Origin: a virus
Lineage: Duplodnaviria; Caudoviricetes
Virus record (IMG/VR): IMGVR_UViG_3300028413_000008
Location: 1-42,800 of that record
Strand: one strand, 5' to 3'
Length of the DNA: 42,800 nt
The position numbers and the translations under genes were made by a program. Below the pieces are notes generated by a model. That model searched no databases. It was not told the DNA's origin and saw only the letters and a list, made by a program, of their open reading frames with translations. Shown piece after piece: positions 1 through 6,426 of the stretch (positions within the stretch are counted from its first letter, which is position 1; each line of letters opens with the position of its first letter).

Positions 1-137
1 GACAACCCCACCAACCCCACCAACCCCACCAACCCCACCAACCCCACCAACCCCACCAACCCCACCAATCCCACCAACCATTGAACAAATAGAAAACCAA
101 AACCAAAATATTTGGGCATGGACAATTCCGTCTAATT
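1..137. repeat. Terminal direct repeat / circular overlap, left copy (contains 7x AACCCCACC)
   Basis: Matches 42673-42800 except for one extra 9-bp unit; 12-137 is identical to 42675-42800. Confidence 0.95.
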
Positions 138-160
138 TATTAGTATCGTAAATGTAAAGT

Positions 161-325
161 ATGAAATCCAGCCCTCGATGTCCGTATTGCAATAAGACCC
201 TAATCGTACCATCGTGGGCGTTTTGTAATGATCCTGGATGTCGAGAAACTAATGCTAAAAAACACAATGAAAAAAATAAACAACAGCGGAAACTTGCCCG
301 AAGATCCATCAAAAATGACTCGTAA
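161..325 (+). CDS. Small Cys-rich (zinc-finger-like) protein, 54 aa, not in the ORF track
   Basis: Hand translation MKSSPRCPYCNKTLIVPSWAFCNDPGCRET...; CxxC-x11-CxxxxC. Confidence 0.6.
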   Translation: MKSSPRCPYCNKTLIVPSWAFCNDPGCRETNAKKHNEKNKQQRKLARRSIKNDS

Positions 326-413
326 ACAACGGCGACAGTGGTATCATGATAATAAGAAACGATTCAATTTACCTCGATGGGGAGAATTAAAAAGTTTGGC
401 AAATAATAACTAA
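267..413 (+). CDS. Small basic hypothetical protein
   Basis: ORF 228..413, ATG start more likely at 267 or 315; stop abuts the next ATG at 417. Confidence 0.45.
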   Translation: MKKINNSGNLPEDPSKMTRKQRRQWYHDNKKRFNLPRWGELKSLANNN

Positions 414-416
414 TGT

Positions 417-1463
417 ATGCAACTAAAAACAATCATCTACACAACATCACGAGTCGTTTGGTTTAAAAATGAATTTGAGAAAATGTACGAGGTGATTCGC
501 CGATCTCGCGGTGTTACTGTACATCCATTTAAAACAGTTTATTTCAAACTTCCTGAGAACGTACCAACACTTGAAAGGTCAAATGGTGGAGTATATGTTG
601 ATTGGGATTGGTTTAAAAAGAACCTACCGCACGGAGAAAATAACGCTGTATGTCTTCACATCACCAGACGAGAACGTGACGTAATCGGCATGAAGCACTC
701 ATCTCCAGGTAAAGCTCTTGGTGGAGTGTACGACAAAAACTCGAACGATGGAGTGTTTCGGTTTGTGGTTATTGCTGATCGTCGGTCACAAAGTTATGAC
801 GGAATGAGTACGTTTATGCGAATTTTTCTCCATGAACTGTCACACGGATTTGCTCATTGGAGAAACGTAATTGATTACACTCACTTGTGGGACGGGCTAC
901 TTAAAAATATCAGAGGAATATTTTTCCTTCATGATTTCTCAACCTGGAATGCCTTAATTGCTCAAATTAAAACTCTTACAAACAAAGTGAACTTTCTCAA
1001 GTCTCAAGTTACACAATTGCACCCTCCAGTTGACGCCGCATTTATGGATCAGATCTCACAACCTTTTGGTGTCCGTAATTCAATTTACCCCTTAACTGGT
1101 CACCACGTTGGAACTGACTTTAGAACTCCGGTTGGAGAAAATTGTCACGCTCTAACTGATGGTGAGGTTGTAAATGTAATTGAAAACCACCCAGTGCTAG
1201 GAAACGCTACATATTTCAAATACACCTGGCAGGGTCAGACGTACACATCAAGATACCTGCACCAGAGCAGAACAGGTACTCTAGGGCTCAAAAAACGTGG
1301 AGAGAATGTAGGTGTGACTGGGAACACTGGTATGTCAACTGGACCACATATTCACTTTGATACCTCCCGAGGTGATTTCAGTTTGTTTGGACTCAATAGT
1401 CGAAACTTCCGTAATAAATTTGTTGATCCAATGTCATTTAAATATGAAGGAGTCAGCAAGTAA
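417..1463 (+). CDS. Putative endolysin: N-terminal HExxH metallopeptidase-like domain plus C-terminal M23 peptidase
   Basis: FLHELSHGF motif; M23 motifs HVGTD, YLHQ and GNTGMSTGPHIHF. Confidence 0.8.
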   Translation: MQLKTIIYTTSRVVWFKNEFEKMYEVIRRSRGVTVHPFKTVYFKLPENVPTLERSNGGVYVDWDWFKKNLPHGENNAVCLHITRRERDVIGMKHSSPGKALGGVYDKNSNDGVFRFVVIADRRSQSYDGMSTFMRIFLHELSHGFAHWRNVIDYTHLWDGLLKNIRGIFFLHDFSTWNALIAQIKTLTNKVNFLKSQVTQLHPPVDAAFMDQISQPFGVRNSIYPLTGHHVGTDFRTPVGENCHALTDGEVVNVIENHPVLGNATYFKYTWQGQTYTSRYLHQSRTGTLGLKKRGENVGVTGNTGMSTGPHIHFDTSRGDFSLFGLNSRNFRNKFVDPMSFKYEGVSK

Positions 1464-1812
1464 CACAATCCTCAACCAATACCTGAGAGAAACCAGGATG
1501 TACTGCTACTACGAATTAAAGGTCGCCAAGGCGGGTCGATTTAGTTTTGGCAATATTGAGACTAATCAAGATGAAGGATTACCCGCTCTAGCAAAAGAGG
1601 GGTTGGTCTGGAAACTGTCCGATGAAGATTCAAGACAGAAGCCTTGTGATGGTTTCTGCACCCCACCCCTACCTGCATTTCTGGTCGTGAAATTTAAGAA
1701 TAAGTTTTATTTTATTTTGTACGAAGAGATAACTAGACTAAAAGATTCTGGTAAAAAATCTATTGACGAAAAAACTTGTGCAGAGTTATCCACCAAGTTA
1801 CTCACAGTGTAG
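1444..1812 (+). CDS. RecU-like / Holliday junction resolvase-like nuclease
   Basis: Probable start MKESASN at 1444; YELK...Q..L...KLSD...KPCDG pattern typical of phage RecU-like resolvases. Confidence 0.55.
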   Translation: MKESASNTILNQYLRETRMYCYYELKVAKAGRFSFGNIETNQDEGLPALAKEGLVWKLSDEDSRQKPCDGFCTPPLPAFLVVKFKNKFYFILYEEITRLKDSGKKSIDEKTCAELSTKLLTV

Positions 1813-1844
1813 ATGTTGACACCGACAGCGACATAGATTATACT
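1786..1844 (+). promoter_or_regulatory. Sigma70 promoter P1 with GACA-repeat operator and upstream DnaA-box-like sites
   Basis: TTGACA(1816)-17 nt-TATACT(1839); spacer holds CGACAGCGACATA; TTATCCACC at 1786 and TTACTCACA at 1798. Confidence 0.8.
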
Positions 1845-1875
1845 GGCGAAGTAATACAAACATAATCAATTAAAA

Positions 1876-2052
1876 ATGCCAGTCAAGAACACAAAGAAGG
1901 AACCAATGCACCGAGTCAATACTCGGATCCGTAACGAACAGGCTCAGTTTATTAAATCTGAGTCAAAGAAATCCAAGGGAGAGTTTGGAGAGGGTGATAT
2001 CCACCGTCAACTGCTCGATCTTGGTATCACAGCTTACAAATCTAAGAAATAA
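1876..2052 (+). CDS. Ribbon-helix-helix-like DNA-binding protein, 58 aa, not in the ORF track
   Basis: MPVKNTKKEPMHRVNTRIRNEQAQFIKSES...GEGDIHRQLLDLGI; alternating beta strand then two helices; first gene after P1. Confidence 0.65.
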   Translation: MPVKNTKKEPMHRVNTRIRNEQAQFIKSESKKSKGEFGEGDIHRQLLDLGITAYKSKK

Positions 2053-2054
2053 CT

Positions 2055-2348
2055 ATGAGTAATATTTACGAAGAATACGCATTGCTAGATGCCCAAGAAG
2101 CCGTAATCAAAGCCAAGAAAGAACAACTGCGACCAGCTATTATTAAGATGATGGTTGAAAAAGGAGAGAAGAAAGTAGAAACCGGAGTTGGGAGTTTCAG
2201 TGTTGGAAAGCGAAAAGTTTGGGCTTACCCTGAATCAGTTACTGCCATCAATGACCAGTTCAAAGCCGCAAAAGCAAAAGCTGAATCAACTGGAGAAGCA
2301 ACGTGTGAGGAGGTAGAACAATTACGATTTACAAAAGCAAGTCTGTAG
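2055..2348 (+). CDS. Hypothetical phage protein (coiled coil plus beta hairpin, loosely Gam/gp157-like)
   Basis: Clean ORF in operon; family resemblance is weak. Confidence 0.7.
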   Translation: MSNIYEEYALLDAQEAVIKAKKEQLRPAIIKMMVEKGEKKVETGVGSFSVGKRKVWAYPESVTAINDQFKAAKAKAESTGEATCEEVEQLRFTKASL

Positions 2349-2349
2349 T

Positions 2350-2568
2350 ATGGCTCAGTCAAAAACCAGGCTTACCCTCATGCAGCGAATCAAAAAATCT
2401 TTGATTCCAGGATGGAAACGAAAAGAACTCCGGATCAAAAGTCGTGAGCATCGACGATGGGCTGAGGGATGGAAAAGAAATGCAACCTATAAAGGCCAAC
2501 CATTAACTAGAAGTATGATCCGTCGAGTTGGATCAAGAATGGAAGCAAAAAAGAGAGGTTTAATCTAA
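2350..2568 (+). CDS. Small basic hypothetical protein
   Basis: TAG-T-ATG coupling to the previous gene. Confidence 0.65.
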   Translation: MAQSKTRLTLMQRIKKSLIPGWKRKELRIKSREHRRWAEGWKRNATYKGQPLTRSMIRRVGSRMEAKKRGLI

Positions 2569-2581
2569 TAATTTAATTACA

Positions 2582-3247
2582 ATGCCAACAAAAAAAGAAA
2601 CCACTACAAAAGCAGTGGTCAAAAAGACAACTAAAAAAGTACCTGCCAAAAAAGCAGTTGCAAAAAAGCCAGCAGTAAAAAGAGTACCAAAGTCAAAAGT
2701 GACACTAGTATCATTTGAAGTGACTGCTGTGATTCCTACTCAACAGTACGGAAATATCCAACCAAGTATCACAGTTAACGCCCCGACTATCGAAGAAGCT
2801 CGAGCACATGTAATGCCAATGATTGAAGATATGTTCAAGCAGTATTCTGAAGTAAGGCCGGGATTCCTTGGTCGAGTGACAGCTACTGAGAAGGTGGTAA
2901 AGCCAATTATTGCTCCACAACCTGCTCCTGGCGCAACGCCGACACAACCAAACAAGCCGGTCACACCACCACCACCACCACCACCAGCACCAGCACCAGC
3001 ACCAGCACCAGCACCAGCACCAGCACCAGCACCAGCACCAGCACCAGCACCAGCACCAGCACCAGCACCAGCATTTGAGAAGTCTGCACCGGTACAAAAA
3101 GCTGAGCGTGCTATTGAACTAGCAACAAGTCACGATGCGCTCGCTTTGATTGAGGCTCAAGTGAACAAATCAGTAAAAATTGACCCCGCTGACAAACCGA
3201 TGTTACTTGTAAAAGTTGCTGACCGACGAAACGAATTACCCTTCTAG
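2582..3247 (+). CDS. Protein with histone-H1-like Lys/Ala N-terminus and Pro-Ala repeat linker
   Basis: KKTTKKVPAKKAVAKKPAVK; P7(AP)14 linker; C-terminal ELPF. Confidence 0.8.
   Translation: MPTKKETTTKAVVKKTTKKVPAKKAVAKKPAVKRVPKSKVTLVSFEVTAVIPTQQYGNIQPSITVNAPTIEEARAHVMPMIEDMFKQYSEVRPGFLGRVTATEKVVKPIIAPQPAPGATPTQPNKPVTPPPPPPPAPAPAPAPAPAPAPAPAPAPAPAPAPAPAFEKSAPVQKAERAIELATSHDALALIEAQVNKSVKIDPADKPMLLVKVADRRNELPF
2966..3073. repeat. Coding microsatellite (CCA)7(GCACCA)14GCA
   Basis: Read directly from the sequence. Confidence 0.95.
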
Positions 3248-3249
3248 TT

Positions 3250-3678
3250 ATGAGTTTGCTCAATTACACCACAAAAAAAGAGCCTTCAGACACAATCTCT
3301 GAGATTCAACAAATGCTTGTTGAATACGGAGTAAACGGTGTTTTGACTGAGTACGATGGTAGAGCAGTATCTTCAATGAGTTTCAAGATTAATATTGACG
3401 GCAATGACCGAATGTTCAAGATGCCTTGTAACTGGAGAGGTGTTCACGAAATCATGAAAAATGACCCCAAGTGTGGTCCAAAATTGAGAACTGAAGAACA
3501 GGCTATCAGAGTAGCTTGGCGAATTATAAAAAACTGGATTGAATCTCAATTAGCAATGGTAGAAGTAAACATGGTCACTGTGCCACAAGTATTTCTACCA
3601 TATACCGTAATGCCAAATGGCCTTACTTTAACTGAAAATATTGAGAAAAATCCAACCTTATTGTTAAAACAAGTATAA
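3250..3678 (+). CDS. Hypothetical phage protein
   Basis: Operon ORF with QAIRVAWR...QVFLPY motif that resembles a widespread phage family. Confidence 0.8.
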   Translation: MSLLNYTTKKEPSDTISEIQQMLVEYGVNGVLTEYDGRAVSSMSFKINIDGNDRMFKMPCNWRGVHEIMKNDPKCGPKLRTEEQAIRVAWRIIKNWIESQLAMVEVNMVTVPQVFLPYTVMPNGLTLTENIEKNPTLLLKQV

Positions 3679-3682
3679 AACT

Positions 3683-3964
3683 ATGGCCGAAGAAATGACC
3701 GAAGTACGAACAAGCACTAGTAAATTAGTTGAAGAAGGAGTTAAAACCTTCAAAAGTCTTGAAAAAGCTTACGAAGAAACAGATGAAGAATTTACTTCAG
3801 ATGTCTTAATTGGTTTTGTAGCCGGGTTCCAATCAGCTCTTGCTGCACTAGGATTAAGAAAAATACACGCAATAAAAACATCACTTGCTTTAAAAAGCAT
3901 TCTCGAAGAAGTCTTTGAGGTTGAATGCGACTGCAAAAACTGCGTACATAATAGAAAAAAATAA
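3683..3964 (+). CDS. Hypothetical protein with C-terminal CxCxxC motif
   Basis: ECDCKNC; tightly packed ORF. Confidence 0.7.
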   Translation: MAEEMTEVRTSTSKLVEEGVKTFKSLEKAYEETDEEFTSDVLIGFVAGFQSALAALGLRKIHAIKTSLALKSILEEVFEVECDCKNCVHNRKK

Positions 3965-3965
3965 A

Positions 3966-4310
3966 ATGAAAGAATACACAAAATTAGATGCTATCGCTCC
4001 AGAAGATCTTGAAAAGATCCGAGAGTACGCAGAAGCAATGAACGAACTATTTGTTGTTAAAAATCGAGAGAGATACCTTCGTGCTCTTTTAGAGGACAGT
4101 GAAGAATTACGAGAGTCAATTTGGACTACTCAAGAAGGAGTTTCAAAAGCTATTGCCGACTTAGAAGATGACCACCTAAAAAACATTATTCCCTATATGA
4201 ATAGGCAAGGTGTTAACAATGCAAGAATCCGTCGAGAGTATCAAAAGCGATTTGGAGTAACTCCAGAACTTGATGCTCCTCAAGTTATTGATGAGTTTGA
4301 CGATTACTAA
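3966..4310 (+). CDS. Hypothetical protein
   Basis: Probable ATG at 3966 directly after the upstream TAA; WTTQEG...IADLEDDHLKNII motif. Confidence 0.75.
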   Translation: MKEYTKLDAIAPEDLEKIREYAEAMNELFVVKNRERYLRALLEDSEELRESIWTTQEGVSKAIADLEDDHLKNIIPYMNRQGVNNARIRREYQKRFGVTPELDAPQVIDEFDDY

Positions 4311-4315
4311 AACTG

Positions 4316-4582
4316 ATGAAAAAAGAAACCGAAGTCACACTGCACCCCAATCTAATAAAGGCGATGAAAGCTTTCATTCCCGAATTTGGTAATAATGATG
4401 ACCGGATTATCGCAATGGATTTGGCGAAGGTGCACAAAAAGATTTCGACTATTGACTGTAAACAGTTTCGGTTTTGGGAAAAAGAAAGGCAACTCACCAA
4501 ACTAACTGCCAAAATGAAAGATATCCAACGAGAAGAACAAAGCTTAATCCGCCGCATTACTAGCCGTAACCTAGATTTCTAA
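4316..4582 (+). CDS. Hypothetical protein
   Basis: Operon packing. Confidence 0.65.
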   Translation: MKKETEVTLHPNLIKAMKAFIPEFGNNDDRIIAMDLAKVHKKISTIDCKQFRFWEKERQLTKLTAKMKDIQREEQSLIRRITSRNLDF

Positions 4583-4583
4583 T

Positions 4584-5279
4584 ATGGACCAAAAACTGAT
4601 ACTTCCCAAGCCTCATATTTCTTGGACGCAACTTGATATGTGGTTACGCAGCGAAGCCCGGTATCGTCGAGAATACTTCGACAGCGCGCACAAACTCGAT
4701 ACAAAATACCTACGGTTTGGCGGGGCATTTGCTACGATGCTCGAAGATATGGAGGTGATCTTTGCTCGGACAAACAACCGACAACTAGCAATTGAAGAGT
4801 TGGCACGAGAGTACCTAATGACTGAAAACATGAAAGCTGTGCTGATGGAGATTGAAATTGAAGGCATCAGTGAGTATGAAATCAAAACAAAAGTTATGGG
4901 TATTGTCCCGTGTTTCTCAAAGGTCGATAAATACAATCCCCGGCTCAACGTACTGCGCGAATACAAAACCGGGAAGATTCCGTGGACTCAGGCCAAAGTA
5001 CAAAAGCACGATCAGTTGGTGTTTTACGCTACAATGCTAAAGTGGGAAGGTAAGCCAGTACCAGAATACTGTGACCTTGACTGGATTGAAACCAAAGAAA
5101 CTGAGCAAGTGACAGAGGACTTTTGGCGGGAACAACCAAAAGTGCTCGATGTAACAGGAAGAATCTTGTCCTTCAGACGTGAGTTTGATGAACGAGAAAT
5201 AGAGCGAATGGAGCAATTAATAGTCCAGGTAGCAACAGATATTTCTGCAGCGTACCAGGAACACATAAGCGATTTTTAA
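4584..5279 (+). CDS. PD-(D/E)XK (RecB/Cas4-like) exonuclease
   Basis: HISWTQL...FG, E..I, KVD, EYKTGK and QLVFYA motifs. Confidence 0.8.
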   Translation: MDQKLILPKPHISWTQLDMWLRSEARYRREYFDSAHKLDTKYLRFGGAFATMLEDMEVIFARTNNRQLAIEELAREYLMTENMKAVLMEIEIEGISEYEIKTKVMGIVPCFSKVDKYNPRLNVLREYKTGKIPWTQAKVQKHDQLVFYATMLKWEGKPVPEYCDLDWIETKETEQVTEDFWREQPKVLDVTGRILSFRREFDEREIERMEQLIVQVATDISAAYQEHISDF

Positions 5280-5282
5280 GTT

Positions 5283-5501
5283 ATGACACCAGAACAAATG
5301 CAAGCTCGGTCCCAAGAAAAAGTAAACCAAGTAATGAGCCTGATGAAGACACTTAACATCCAAGCTGAGGCTCGAGAACACATTAACCGTGAAGGGTTTA
5401 TTGAAAAAGTAGTATTTTGGGTAGACTCAGAAAATTACCCTCAAACACCTACTCCAGAAGTAACTGAAACCAAAGATGAACCTGATACGCAAGCTGCTTA
5501 A
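5283..5501 (+). CDS. Hypothetical protein
   Basis: Operon packing. Confidence 0.65.
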   Translation: MTPEQMQARSQEKVNQVMSLMKTLNIQAEAREHINREGFIEKVVFWVDSENYPQTPTPEVTETKDEPDTQAA

Positions 5502-5721
5502 TTTCCGGTCAGACAACAAGAAAAAATACCTTCTTGCTCTTGAGTACGGATTTGTGATCAGCCAAGTAGCTCAAGTGCAGGAGGTTGAAATAACCCCTGA
5601 TCTGATTAAAAAAGCTGAAGCGATGATCGAAGGTGAATTTAGTCAAAAAGATCCCACCAGACTATCGGTTGAAATGTTGCCAAATGTAATGTCAGTATTC
5701 GAACTTGACATGACCAAGTGA
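5476..5721 (+). CDS. Hypothetical protein
   Basis: Operon packing, short overlap with the previous gene. Confidence 0.65.
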   Translation: MNLIRKLLNFRSDNKKKYLLALEYGFVISQVAQVQEVEITPDLIKKAEAMIEGEFSQKDPTRLSVEMLPNVMSVFELDMTK

Positions 5722-5758
5722 TATACTAAAGTCAGACGTTCACCAAAGGAGAGGAAAA

Positions 5759-5929
5759 ATGGATGACCAACCAAACCTACCGCTTGATGAAAGGTTTCGC
5801 CAAGCGGAGCAATTTTCACTGGACTTGGAAATATCGAAACCACAACCGGCAACGGTCGTAACAGATTGGGAACGATGTCCCCACCATACGATTTTTGTTT
5901 CTGGTTGCAGATTCTGTGACCCGAAATGA
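5759..5929 (+). CDS. Small Cys/His peptide, 56 aa, with strong SD; not in the ORF track
   Basis: AGGAGAGG SD; extended -10 TGATATACT at 5719-5727; ends CPHHTIFVSGCRFCDPK. Confidence 0.55.
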   Translation: MDDQPNLPLDERFRQAEQFSLDLEISKPQPATVVTDWERCPHHTIFVSGCRFCDPK

Positions 5930-6069
5930 GGTGCGCAAGATGTCACGCAGTCATTGCGTACAATCGTGAGTTTGAGCACAGACAAACACCTTTCTGCTCA
6001 ATCTTTTGTCTCGGTATTCATTTTGGTCTGATCAATTCAGACGGTCAAATCATCATCGGAAGGAGGTGA
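5926..6069 (+). CDS. Small zinc-finger peptide, 47 aa (CxxC...FCSxxC, TRASH/YacG-like spacing)
   Basis: ATGA overlap with the previous ORF; MRCARCHAVIAYNREFEHRQTPFCSIFCLG... Confidence 0.55.
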   Translation: MRCARCHAVIAYNREFEHRQTPFCSIFCLGIHFGLINSDGQIIIGRR

Positions 6070-6082
6070 TCTAATATCTACT

Positions 6083-6115
6083 AGAAGCGTTACCCCAGCT
6101 CTGACGCTTCTTTTT
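6083..6115 (+). terminator. Intrinsic terminator
   Basis: AGAAGCGTTA/TGACGCTTCT stem followed by a T tract. Confidence 0.65.
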
Positions 6116-6133
6116 ATTTGATATACTTAATCA

Positions 6134-6208
6134 CATAGAGAGGAAAGCCCTCTTGTCCTTTACACAATTCACACTCCGAAGAGAGTCCTGCATATGGGGC
6201 TCTTTTCA
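6134..6208 (+). ncRNA. Putative small RNA
   Basis: Extended -10 TGATATACT at 6119-6127, hairpin 6137-6153, terminal hairpin 6178-6207, no ORF. Confidence 0.35.
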
Positions 6209-6237
6209 ATTTAAAAATCTTTTGTTATATTTTAATT

Positions 6238-6319
6238 AATCGAAGGATTCTGAACACTGGAAAGTGTCTAGCATAACATCTATGTTTTGAGGTGTTTAGC
6301 GTGGTGAAGTCCTTTGATT
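6238..6319 (+). ncRNA. Putative multibranch structured RNA upstream of the tRNA
   Basis: 12-bp closing stem 6238-6249/6308-6319 with G-U pairs; internal hairpins ACACT-GGAA-AGTGT and AACATCT/AGGTGTT. Confidence 0.4.
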
Positions 6320-6322
6320 GCT

Positions 6323-6393
6323 GTAGAGATGGACCAACGGCAGGTCGCAAGGCTCATAACCTTGAGGTAGATGTTCAACTCATCTTCTCTGCA
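6323..6393 (+). tRNA. tRNA with CAT anticodon (elongator Met or Ile2)
   Basis: Cloverleaf: acceptor GTAGAGA/TCTCTGC, D arm GACC/GGTC, anticodon arm CAAGG-CTCATAA-CCTTG, T arm AGATG-TTCAACT-CATCT; CCA not encoded. Confidence 0.85.
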
Positions 6394-6398
6394 CAAAT

Positions 6399-6426
6399 AA
6401 AAAAGCCCCCTATAGGGGCTCTTTTT
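6399..6426. terminator. Bidirectional terminator between the convergent arms
   Basis: AAAAAAGCCCC-CTATA-GGGGCTCTTTTT. Confidence 0.75.

Noticed and set aside
2711-3122. Poly-CW and poly-HQ ORFs
   Set aside because: Alternative-frame readings of the GCACCA repeat inside the real gene 2582..3247
6238-6319. Hammerhead ribozyme
   Set aside because: CTGA and GAAA occur but not in the CUGANGA/GAAA/UH core arrangement
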